Below, in pieces: positions 40,154 to 48,672 of a stretch of DNA of 48,672 nucleotides; the first letter of the stretch is position 1; every line of letters begins with the position of its first letter. The notes beneath the pieces were generated by a model that was given only the letters and a program-made list of their open reading frames with translations, was not told the origin of the DNA and ran no database searches. The DNA is from Bdellovibrionota bacterium. Its GTDB lineage: Bacteria > Bdellovibrionota_C > UBA2361 > CAKMMH01. Where the stretch lies: NCBI GenBank assembly GCA_050952645.1, contig JBMNLI010000002.1:1-48672 (forward strand), read 5' to 3'. The translations under genes and the position numbers were made by a program.

Positions 40154-40720
40154 CTACCGAGGAGGCAGCGCCTCTACAACTTTATCGCGCCTTTCTGGCC
40201 TCCAAGGCTGGAAGTAAACTCCTTCAGGGTCACTACCGTCACTTGGATTAAAAGATTCCCAAACTCCGTTAGCCTTGAGATGTTCGTTTAAAAATAACGC
40301 AAGCGAGTCGAGTGCTTTAAGAATGTCTTCGGATACGTTGTGTTTTTCAGCGAGAACCCATTCAATCATTACAACCCAATTATCATTTTCATCGGAAACT
40401 TTAACACCAAACCATTCATGTTTTAGTAGCTTTCCGTCTTGGGTTTCTTGCCAACGCTCGAAGAGTTCCTCCGCCCTTTTTTTAGTAAAAACCTTAGCGC
40501 TTGAGGTTATGCAGGCATCGAATATTACAAAACATACTTCTTGTTTTGAACTATTACCGCGCAAATTTTGTCGTGAGGCATAAAGATCATCTCGAAGTTC
40601 GTAATGCACTACTTCCTTATTGTTATCGTAAGTTCCTCCTTTTCTGTGGAGTTCGTCAAATTCGCGAGAATTAACGTCGCTTCCATTTTGCCTCGCCTTC
40701 ATTCTTGTCGTGTTTTCCAT
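40154..40720 (-). CDS. Orphan protein (188 aa)
   Basis: Strong SD AAAGGAGA directly before ATG 40720. The track start at 40795 is unlikely. No family recognised. Confidence 0.8.
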   Translation of the reverse strand: MENTTRMKARQNGSDVNSREFDELHRKGGTYDNNKEVVHYELRDDLYASRQNLRGNSSKQEVCFVIFDACITSSAKVFTKKRAEELFERWQETQDGKLLKHEWFGVKVSDENDNWVVMIEWVLAEKHNVSEDILKALDSLALFLNEHLKANGVWESFNPSDGSDPEGVYFQPWRPERRDKVVEALPPR

Positions 40721-40987
40721 TATAATCTCCTTTAGTTCTAGGAACAGCGACTCTCTTTTCGGATACGTAATGATTAAGATATCACGTGATATCACCCGAT
40801 GAGTCGTCTCTACCTAGTTTAAAAAAACTAAATAGAAACGACTCATCGAAGAAGGAGTCTTTTTTAGAAAAAGGAGAACGAGCCTTATCGCTTTTAAACG
40901 TAAACTTTTAAACGTAAAATGGATACACCAAAAAAATCCTTTATAAAAACCGCTCTTCTATCCATTACCAAGCTCTTATCTTATAAC
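40721..40987 (-). promoter_or_regulatory. ~265-nt highly structured 5' leader
   Basis: 24-bp stem at 40797-40848, 16-bp palindrome at 40778-40793, anti-SD at 40870-40877, and an AATGGATA/TATCCATT stem at 40918-40966. Confidence 0.7.
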
Positions 40988-40992
40988 TTGTA

Positions 40993-41021
40993 AGTTTACA
41001 CGATTGTTTATTTTTAAGCAA
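40993..41021 (-). promoter_or_regulatory. Putative sigma70 promoter of the 40720 gene
   Basis: Minus strand TTGCTT-17 nt-TAAACT, predicted TSS ~40987. Confidence 0.55.
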
Positions 41022-41052
41022 AAAAAATCTCTTTAGACATCTTTTAAAAGTT

Positions 41053-41081
41053 GCAGATTGTCAAATTAAACTAGATACTTT
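41053..41081 (+). repeat. Second copy of the dispersed 29-bp motif
   Basis: 28/29 identical to 29968-29996. Confidence 0.85.
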
Positions 41082-41124
41082 TCCGTTTTTAAAAAGTGTC
41101 TCTGTGATGTACTGTTAAAATCGA

Positions 41125-41269
41125 TATAACTTAAACTTTTCCTTGTTTTACGTATGCTATTTTTGATAATTTATGTGAGTGTTTCTTAGCTTTTTTTAAA
41201 TTATTTTGAGTATGTTATAAAGCTAAAATTAAAATTATATACGTAAAAGAGGGGAAAGTTTGAGATATA
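41125..41269. mobile_element. 145-bp MITE-like element with 31-bp imperfect terminal inverted repeats
   Basis: 41125-41155 vs the reverse complement of 41239-41269 match at 26/31, with TATA at both ends. A homologous right end lies at ~44659-44701. Confidence 0.65.
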
Positions 41270-41398
41270 AAATTACATAAAAGTGGGTAATTTTATCTTG
41301 CATTTTTCGGGTAAATTTATTTGACATTAATAAAAAGTTATAAGAAGCTACCGTTTATGCTTTATTAAAAGGTATGTATATGCTTTTCAGTGTGGCAA

Positions 41399-42180
41399 CT
41401 AAATATCCTTGCAGAAATAGGTTTGGCCTATGAAGATTTGCTTAAACCCTAACTTGTAATACCACTTTTTAACAGAACTACCAGTTTCAGTTTGGAGAAA
41501 AAGTGTATCTCCTTTTAGTTCTATCCACTTATCTATACAAGCTTTAGTTGCGACTGTTCCACAACCTTTGCTTCGATATGAAGGGACAGTCCCGACATTA
41601 TAAAGTCCTCCCTTGCCATTTAAAAAGCATAGTGTCGCTATTGAAACGGGTATTTTATTGTCGTAGCAAACAAAATGATAGAATTTTTGTTTGTTGTTAA
41701 AAGATTGTCTTAGAGCTTTCATGTAAGATTCATCTAATTCGCCATATGGTTGCTCGGGCGTTTTATCACCTCCATACGCACTAGTGAATACATCTTCAAA
41801 GTCAACACGTGCTTTTTCGTCTGTAACGCACTTTACCGTGAGTGATGTAGGTTTTGTTTTGATACTACTGTTCAAGGTGTATGTCATAAAAGATTCTTCT
41901 GACAAAGGTACATAGCCCGCTTTTGTTAGTAAATCAGCAGTTTTTGTTGTGTATTATTCTCTACTGTATAGATGCATGGATTTCGATTCGAAGAGGTGAA
42001 TTGATTAGAAATAAGTTCTAGTTTTTCTGATAAATTTACGCTAGAGGGAACAAAGGCATAGTTCCAAAATCCATCTTCAATAATATCACTTAGATAAATT
42101 GAACATGAATCTACGAGGATTTTTCGATCGAAATACATTCCTTTTTGAACATTAAAGTGCCAATCCATTAATTGTTTCAT
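41399..42180 (-). pseudogene. GNAT acetyltransferase split by a single-base frameshift at an A5 run (~41941-41945)
   Basis: One extra A joins the ORFs as ...NTQQKTADLLTKAGYVPLSEES.... GNAT motifs GLYNVGTVPSYRSKGCG and YYKLGF are present. Confidence 0.8.
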
Positions 42181-42477
42181 TATCATAATCTCCATACTTT
42201 ATTGAAAAATCAATTGTCCTCCTGATATTAGCAAACCAAGAATGCTTAACGCTATTTCTACCTAAAATTCTTTTTTTTTCTCTACAGTTGCTAGAATTTT
42301 ATTTTATTAGTGTAGTTTAAACTAGCTAAATATTACTTTTAGAAGAATCATAATGCAATAGTCTTTCCTTTAACCTTAAGCCTTTGCAAATTTAAAAAAA
42401 ACAGTGCGTAGTAGCAATTTTATTGCTTAAAAATAAAGGGTAATTAGCGCTTTTTAAGAACGTAAGTTATAAAGGCT

Positions 42478-44151
42478 TCAAGCAAAAAGGTTGTGGGCTA
42501 TTTGCTTGCATAGTTTCTCGTTTACGTTTTGTTCTTTATCGTGTTCTTTAGTATTATTCCCATTATCATAATTGTTCATATAATCATTATCATAACCATT
42601 AGCATTTAGCATAATTCTTATCGCTCTATCATTATAAAATTTATCTCCTAATCGAAATGCTTCTATAAAAGATAGAATCTCTATCGCTTCTTTCCTGTTT
42701 TTTCTCCACACATGCTCACATAAACATCGCCTTATAGCTCTTATCATCCCTTCATCGTTAAGTATCTTTGATACAGTTTCACTCTCACTAAACTTACTTA
42801 ACGAATTTAAAATATTAGCTACATTGTTTATATTCCCATACTCTACATTTCCTAATAACACACAAGAAACCTCTATTACTGCATTTTTAATTTCGTTTTC
42901 ATTATCTAAATTTAAATCAAGCCCCATCGATTTCATAAAACTTAAGGTTGCCTCAAACCTTTCAGTGTAATTTCCATAGTAGTATTCCCTTTTTATAAAA
43001 GCAAAAAGCCCACGTAGCATGAGCTTTTGCGTGGGTCGCTTCTTTAGCTTTGTTATATTTTTATCATTTAGTAATGATAAAATATCTTTTGCAGTCGTTA
43101 TATAACCACTGCTCAAAAATTTAAAATAACCTTTTATTATGATACGTCTTATATTACAACCGTTTACTATTTTATCTTTACACCCAAGTTCTTCTAAAAG
43201 TGAAAGACACTCTCTTACATCTTGAATTTTTCCTTCTATTATCAGTTCGCTTAAATATTTTTCAAAAGCAAGTCTAGTTTTATTCGCACTTAGCACCTCA
43301 TTTACTAAACTTTCTTCACCGAGCTTATTTAAAAAGTTTAAAAAAATTCCTATGCTAGAAATGTATTTTTTTCTTGCACAACATTCAATCCCAGCTATAG
43401 TAGCTTTCTTAAAACTACCGCTCGATATAACCTTTTTTAAAGCCTTGTGAAATCCTAGCTCTCTTAAATATTTTATAGCGTCTTTTGCCGTTAAAAAGCT
43501 TCCATTTCTTAAAAACTTAGCAATACACACTCTAGCGTTTTTTGCTCCGTTTACTGCATTTTGGCTTTTTATCATTTTTTGCGCTTCTATTTCATACCCA
43601 TGCTTTTGAAGAAAGGATAAAATGTATTTTACATTATCTATATGACATTTTTTTAGCTCTTGACAAAAAAAAATTTCTATAGTATTTTTTACTTTTCCGT
43701 TAGAAAGTATGCTTTCTTTTTCTTCTTTGCTTATAAGAGATAAGCATATTTCTAAATAGTAAAAGTTGCGTGGCATTGCTATGCTAGCAGCTTTAGAGCT
43801 TGAAAGGCTATGCGTTATATATCCTTTTATAGCGTCTATTGCATCTTGAGTAGCAAGCAATGCCCGTGTTTTTTGATAGCTATTGCAAGGGTAATCGTTA
43901 GAATAATTATCCTCGTCAACAGCTTTACATATTAACTCAAAGAGAGTAGGCTTTCTTCCTTCAGATGCAAAGCTTGCACCTAAAAGAGGAGAAAAGATAG
44001 GTTTTTTAGCAAGTTGTTGTCGGCGCGTTTGCCTCTGCAAAGCATTGTGCCTAGCCCCCCGATTAGCAATGAGATTCAAATTTGGGTGCTTTGAATTATG
44101 CTTTTCGGGTGTTGTTGTTTGTGTAGGTATTGTATTTATACCATTTGTCAT
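42478..44151 (-). CDS. Orphan helical-repeat protein (557 aa) with a disordered N-terminus
   Basis: AGGAGG SD. Recurrent ~40-47 aa units of the form G-x-hydrophobic...L..L..LG. Confidence 0.8.
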   Translation of the reverse strand: MTNGINTIPTQTTTPEKHNSKHPNLNLIANRGARHNALQRQTRRQQLAKKPIFSPLLGASFASEGRKPTLFELICKAVDEDNYSNDYPCNSYQKTRALLATQDAIDAIKGYITHSLSSSKAASIAMPRNFYYLEICLSLISKEEKESILSNGKVKNTIEIFFCQELKKCHIDNVKYILSFLQKHGYEIEAQKMIKSQNAVNGAKNARVCIAKFLRNGSFLTAKDAIKYLRELGFHKALKKVISSGSFKKATIAGIECCARKKYISSIGIFLNFLNKLGEESLVNEVLSANKTRLAFEKYLSELIIEGKIQDVRECLSLLEELGCKDKIVNGCNIRRIIIKGYFKFLSSGYITTAKDILSLLNDKNITKLKKRPTQKLMLRGLFAFIKREYYYGNYTERFEATLSFMKSMGLDLNLDNENEIKNAVIEVSCVLLGNVEYGNINNVANILNSLSKFSESETVSKILNDEGMIRAIRRCLCEHVWRKNRKEAIEILSFIEAFRLGDKFYNDRAIRIMLNANGYDNDYMNNYDNGNNTKEHDKEQNVNEKLCKQIAHNLFA

Positions 44152-44393
44152 TATTTTCCTCCTTTTTTATATTATAGTTTAGTTAAATTTAAATAATTTT
44201 TTTCTAAGCCCATTTTTGGGCGTCGAGCCTTTTTATACTAGAAACTAAATTCTGTCAAACCTATTTCTTTATTTTCATATTTTTTTAGTGTGTATTTTTA
44301 AATCGAGTAGTGAATACTAGTAGAATTTTTCTAGAATGACCGTTCTAGCTATGGAAAATTGTAAATTTTTTTCTAATAACTCCTAAACTTTTT

Positions 44394-44656
44394 GGTTCTT
44401 CACGTTTAAAGGTGACCCCGAGAGAAACAAAGCACCATTCTGTTTAATGGTGTCCTTGCGAAAGTTATCCACAGCCTTACAGCTTGACCTTTAGCTTTTA
44501 ATTATCAGTTATGGATAACTTTTCCTAACAACTCTAATGTTTATTTTTTCCAATAAAATTAACTATTATTTTAATAAAACAACAACAGTTTTGTAAAATA
44601 ATTTTGTCAATTTACATTAGAAGATAGACTCTAACCCACTCAAAACGTGAAGAGCC
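44394..44656. mobile_element. 263-bp element bounded by ISL3-type inverted ends, with a different interior and no TSD
   Basis: Left end GGTTCTTCACGTTTAAAGGTG, right end (reverse complement) GGCTCTTCACGTTTTGAGTGGGTTAGA. Confidence 0.75.
44465..44473 (+). promoter_or_regulatory. Consensus DnaA box TTATCCACA, with an inverted 8/9 box at 44510-44518
   Basis: Exact match to the consensus. Part of the inverted repeat AAAGTTATCCA/TGGATAACTTT. Confidence 0.45.
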
Positions 44657-44715
44657 ATTAAAATTAAATTTTATACGTATCGGAGAGAAAAATTTAAGAT
44701 AATAAATAAGATACT

Positions 44716-44748
44716 AAAAAAGCCTTGACTATTTCTAGCCAAGGCTTT
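44716..44748 (-). terminator. Rho-independent terminator of the Cys-rich gene
   Basis: Minus strand AAAGCCTTGGCTAG-AAA-TAGTCAAGGCTTTTTT. Confidence 0.85.
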
Positions 44749-44781
44749 CTTATTTTTATGTTTAACTTTTAAGAGTTATTA

Positions 44782-47700
44782 CTAATTACATTCACTATAG
44801 AATCTAGGAATTCTAGCTAACACGCTTAGTTTTCCTGAAAGAATCTTAGCGTTTTTATTTAATAACTCGGTAGCAGTTTGTGAACCGATGTTTCTTTGTC
44901 TTACGGTTCTACCAACTTGACGACGAAGTTTTCTTAAATGTCTTTCAATCAATTCAAGTTTAGGTTGATTATCACCTTGCACGCAGTAAGTAGTATTAGT
45001 GCAAGATTGCATTACATCGCTTAAAGAAGCAATAATAGTTTTAAGTTGAGCGTTTCTTTTGTTTGCTCTATTTATTCTTCTTTTAGCAGAAGCTTGAATA
45101 TTTTTAATTTGTGGGTAAGGATTGCTTTCTTTTAATAGCAATTCCGTTTGTGCTATCAACATGCTTACAAACTCATCGCCATGTAAGCTAGCCTTATCGC
45201 CCTTGATATTCACGTCTACACAACCAAGACAAGAAGTGCCATCTCCATTACATACGCCACATCTGTCAAGCTTAGCATCGCCGTAAGGAACGCCTGCGCA
45301 GTCTACACATTTGTTATTACCATTACATACGCCACATAAGTCGTATTTCGCATTTCCAAACGGAACGCCCGCACAGTCTAAACAAGAAGTGCCATCGCCA
45401 TCGCATACGCCACATACATCTAGTCTAGCGCTTCCACCAGGAACTCCAAAGCAGTCTATTTCACAAGCTGCCGCATAAACATTTTGAGTTATATTAGTGC
45501 TAGCTAAACCGTCAGATACATTTAGCGAAACTTGACAAGATTGACTAACGCCCGTTCCTGGGTTGGTTAGCGTTAGCGTTGGAGTAGCAGTGCTTTCATT
45601 GCTTAGGACTGAATTTTCACAATTTGTAGTCCAACTGTAAATCAACTTAGTTCCATCAGGGTCTACACAATTAGCACTTATATCTAATGTAGTAACGCTT
45701 CCTTGACACTCGGTATTGTAAACAACCTCATTAGCTCCATCGCATATTGGTGCATTATTTGGTTGGCAAGTAGGTAAGCTCTTATTAGCTACCACTGAAA
45801 CGCCATCTAAATACCAAGATGTAGAAGGGATATCTAATTTAGTGTCGAACGCATTCTCAACATTTCCTGAGATAAAGTTTTCAGGTTGCCCACGATCTTC
45901 AGGGTCAGGGTTAACGTTATTTTTTATACCTACAGGAATTTTTACCTCAAATGCGTTATTGTTTTTATACCCGAAGTAAGCTTGAAGACTTGCGTCAGGA
46001 TTTATAGAAATACATTTAGCAATTGGTGCAACTTTAGCACAAGGCGTCGATGAAGCGTTAGCTGTAGCAATTTTTGCAGCCTCTGAGTTGTTCTTTAAAG
46101 TCCAAGTAAGGGTTTGCGTTTTATTAAAGCTAACGCTAAATGCTCCTTTAACTCTGCCTTTTTCAAACGTGCTAGGTTGATTGCAATAATTAGCGCTAAG
46201 CCCAGTTATCACGTTTCGAGTATCAGAGCTAGTTTTGCAAGCATCTACGGCTACGACTTTATCATTAGTGTTTTCATACCCAAAGTAAGCCGTATACGTA
46301 TCGTCTTCATTGTTCATTACACATTCAAGTATAGGTGTAATAGCAGATGTGGTATCGATACACTTGTTATCAACGCATTTTTGATTATCACCACAATCGG
46401 CATCTTCTACACACTCGGGTTTACAAGCTCCGTTTTCACAGCCGTATTGACAATTTACTTTTACCATACCTCTTCCCTCTAGAGCCTTATTGCCTGCTCC
46501 AAATTTAGGTTTAGCAACGCACACTTGCTCTGCTAGAGTAGTGCTAGAAAGACAGTAATCTGTATTAGAGATTTTTCCGCTTCCTTTAGTATAAGTAGTG
46601 CTTCCAAGAACGCTAGGAACGTTTCCACCGTCTGAGTCCGTGCAAGAGTAAGCCTTGTTTTCAGAGCAATTGCTCCCAGTGCAACCTTGACAACCAGGGT
46701 CTTTGCTATCTACTAAGCCATCTCCATCGTTATCTTTTCCATCTTCACATTCGCCTTTAGGAACGCACTTATTGTCTACACATTTATTGCCATCACCACA
46801 ATCGGCATCTTCTACACACTCGGGTTTACAAGCTCCGTTGTCACAGCCGTATTGACAATTTACTTTTACCATACCTCTTCCCTCTAGAGCCTTATTGCCT
46901 GCTCCAAATTTAGGTTTAGCAACGCACACTTGCTCTGCTAGAGTAGTGCTAGAAAGACAGTAATCCGTATTAGAGATTTTTCCGCTTCCTTTAGTATAAG
47001 TAGTGCTTCCAAGAACGTTAGGAACGTTTCCGCCGTCTGAGTCTGTGCAAGAGTAAGTCTTGTTTTCAGAGCAATTGCTCCCAGTGCAACCTTGACAACC
47101 AGGGTCTTTGCTATCTACTAAGCCATCTCCATCGTTATCTTTTCCATCTTCACATTCGCCTTTAGGAACGCACTTATTGTCTACACATTTATTGCCATCA
47201 CCACAATCGGAATCTTCTACACACTCGGGTTTACAAGCTCCGTTTTCACAGCCGTATTGACAATTTACTTTTACCATACCTCTTCCCTCTAGAGCCTTAT
47301 TGCCTGCTCCAAATTTAGGTTTAGCAACGCACACTTGCTCTGCTAGAGTAGTGCTAGAAAGACAGTAATCCGTATTAGAGATTTTTCCGCTTCCTTTAGT
47401 ATAAGTAGTGCTTCCAAGAACGTTAGGAACGTTTCCACCGTCTGAGTCTGTGCAAGAGTAAGTCTTGTTTTCAGAGCAATTGCTCCCAGTGCAACCTTGA
47501 CAACCAGGGTCTTTGCTATCTACTAAGCCATCTCCATCGTTATCTTTTCCATCTTCACATTCGCCTTTAGGAACGCACTTATTGTCTACACATTTATTGC
47601 CATCACCACAATCGGAATCTTCTACACACTGTGGTTTACAAGCTCCGTTTTCACAGCCGTATTGACAATTTACTTTTACCATACCTCTTCCCTCTAGAGC

Positions 47701-48672
47701 TTTGTTGCCTGCTCCAAATTTAGGTTTAGCAACGCACACTTGCTCTGCTAGAGTAGTGCTAGAAAGACAGTAATCTGTATTAGAGATTTTTCCGCTTCCT
47801 TTAGTATAAGTAGTGCTTCCAAGAACGCTAGGAACGTTTTCGCCGTCTGAGTCTGTGCAAGAGTAAGTCTTGTTTTCAGAGCAATTGCTCCCAGTGCAAC
47901 CTTGACAACCAGGGTCTTTGCTATCTACTAAGCCATCTCCATCGTTATCTTTTCCATCTTCACATTCGCCTTTAGGAACGCACTTATTGTCTACGCATTT
48001 ATTGCCATCACCACAATCTGCATCTTCTACACACTCGGGTTTACAAGCTCCGTTTTCACAGCCGTATTGACAATTTACTTTTACCATGCCTCTTCCCTCT
48101 AGAGCCTTGTTTCCAGCTCCAAATTTAGGTTTAGCAACGCACACTTGCTCTGCTAGGGTAGTGCTAGAAAGACAGTAATCTGAGTTTTTAATGCTTCTTT
48201 TGCCTTTAGTATAAGTAGTGCTTCCAAGAACGTTAGGAACGTTTCCGCCGTCTGAGTCCGTGCAAGAGTAAGCTTTGTTTTCAGAGCAATTGCTCCCAGT
48301 GCAACCTTGGCAACCAGGGTCTTTGCTATCTACTAAGCCATCTCCATCGTTATCTTTTCCATCTTCACATTCGCCTTTAGGAACGCATTTATTGTCTACA
48401 CATTTATTGCCATCACCACAATCTGCATCTTCTACACACTCGGGTTTACAAGCTCCGTTTTCACAGCCGTATTGGCAATTTACTTTTACCATACCTCTTC
48501 CTTCTAGAGCCTTGTTGCCTGCTCCAAATTTAGGTTTAGCAACGCATACTTGCTCTGCTAGGGTAGTGCTAGAAAGACAGTAATCTGAGTTTTTAATGCT
48601 TCTCGTTCCTTTAGTATAAGTAGTGCTTCCAAGAACGCTAGGAACGTTTCCGCCGTCTGAGTCCGTGCAAGA
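44782..48672 (-). CDS. Giant Cys-rich extracellular/surface protein, N-terminus beyond the window
   Basis: The frame stays open to the window edge. It has 135-aa tandem repeats, two P(I)xxC...AYFGY.N domains, a PKD/Ig-like domain (NNAP...DPDG..L.YSW...VSDG), DCxGVPxGxAxxDxCGVCxG repeats and a helical C-terminus. Confidence 0.9.
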   Translation of the reverse strand, partial: SCTDSDGGNVPSVLGSTTYTKGTRSIKNSDYCLSSTTLAEQVCVAKPKFGAGNKALEGRGMVKVNCQYGCENGACKPECVEDADCGDGNKCVDNKCVPKGECEDGKDNDGDGLVDSKDPGCQGCTGSNCSENKAYSCTDSDGGNVPNVLGSTTYTKGKRSIKNSDYCLSSTTLAEQVCVAKPKFGAGNKALEGRGMVKVNCQYGCENGACKPECVEDADCGDGNKCVDNKCVPKGECEDGKDNDGDGLVDSKDPGCQGCTGSNCSENKTYSCTDSDGENVPSVLGSTTYTKGSGKISNTDYCLSSTTLAEQVCVAKPKFGAGNKALEGRGMVKVNCQYGCENGACKPQCVEDSDCGDGNKCVDNKCVPKGECEDGKDNDGDGLVDSKDPGCQGCTGSNCSENKTYSCTDSDGGNVPNVLGSTTYTKGSGKISNTDYCLSSTTLAEQVCVAKPKFGAGNKALEGRGMVKVNCQYGCENGACKPECVEDSDCGDGNKCVDNKCVPKGECEDGKDNDGDGLVDSKDPGCQGCTGSNCSENKTYSCTDSDGGNVPNVLGSTTYTKGSGKISNTDYCLSSTTLAEQVCVAKPKFGAGNKALEGRGMVKVNCQYGCDNGACKPECVEDADCGDGNKCVDNKCVPKGECEDGKDNDGDGLVDSKDPGCQGCTGSNCSENKAYSCTDSDGGNVPSVLGSTTYTKGSGKISNTDYCLSSTTLAEQVCVAKPKFGAGNKALEGRGMVKVNCQYGCENGACKPECVEDADCGDNQKCVDNKCIDTTSAITPILECVMNNEDDTYTAYFGYENTNDKVVAVDACKTSSDTRNVITGLSANYCNQPSTFEKGRVKGAFSVSFNKTQTLTWTLKNNSEAAKIATANASSTPCAKVAPIAKCISINPDASLQAYFGYKNNNAFEVKIPVGIKNNVNPDPEDRGQPENFISGNVENAFDTKLDIPSTSWYLDGVSVVANKSLPTCQPNNAPICDGANEVVYNTECQGSVTTLDISANCVDPDGTKLIYSWTTNCENSVLSNESTATPTLTLTNPGTGVSQSCQVSLNVSDGLASTNITQNVYAAACEIDCFGVPGGSARLDVCGVCDGDGTSCLDCAGVPFGNAKYDLCGVCNGNNKCVDCAGVPYGDAKLDRCGVCNGDGTSCLGCVDVNIKGDKASLHGDEFVSMLIAQTELLLKESNPYPQIKNIQASAKRRINRANKRNAQLKTIIASLSDVMQSCTNTTYCVQGDNQPKLELIERHLRKLRRQVGRTVRQRNIGSQTATELLNKNAKILSGKLSVLARIPRFYSECN
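46360..48672. repeat. 405-bp tandem array, at least 5.7 near-identical copies
   Basis: Anchor ACACT(C/G)(G/T)GGTTTACAAGCTCC at 46411, 46816, 47221, 47626, 48031 and 48436. Confidence 0.97.

Noticed and set aside
39997..40987. Retron ncRNA or Obelisk/viroid-like element
   Set aside because: No reverse transcriptase nearby, no recognisable Oblin motif or ribozyme, and pairing inside the ORF was only patchy by eye.
42420..44240. 5'/3' UTR pairing for the 557-aa orphan
   Set aside because: Only short AT-rich matches, not in nested order.
44461..44521. Replication origin
   Set aside because: Only two DnaA-like boxes, inside an element with IS-like ends, and no dnaA/dnaN/mnmG context.
46114..48583. 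Plus-strand ORFs 46114-46482 and 48275-48583
   Set aside because: Antisense shadows of the Cys-rich gene.

Overview
Low-GC bacterial chromosomal window. The gene content and the Cys-rich surface protein suggest a Bdellovibrionota/deltaproteobacteria-like lineage (inference only). The core is housekeeping: tcdA-like, gyrA, gpsA, rpoZ, spoT/rel, htrA-like, mutL, ychF, a YugP-like peptidase, an M16 pair, ihfA, an LpoA-like lipoprotein, lon, rpmI-rplT and an SPFH pair. Between these sit orphan monocistronic genes, and a giant Cys-rich protein with 405-bp tandem repeats runs off the right edge. The first 2.6 kb (MscS, CYTH) has many single-base frameshifts that look like consensus errors. The most unusual signal is two unrelated ~1-kb orphan transcription units (7356-8496 + and 39997-40987 -). 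Their 5' and 3' UTRs are complementary in nested order, often through G-U pairs that work only on the mRNA strand, which would loop out the ORF and bury the SD/AUG. This resembles hok/aapA type I toxin mRNAs, but the proteins are 190-280 aa. Also found: an ISL3-type MITE family (one copy with a perfect 8-bp TSD, another with inverted DnaA-box-like sites), a second MITE-like family, a dispersed 29-bp motif, an isolated 26-bp direct repeat, and pervasive 9-18-bp micro-tandem expansions in and between genes. No tRNA, rRNA, CRISPR-cas or transposase was recognised. All pairings were read by eye, with no folding or database searches.
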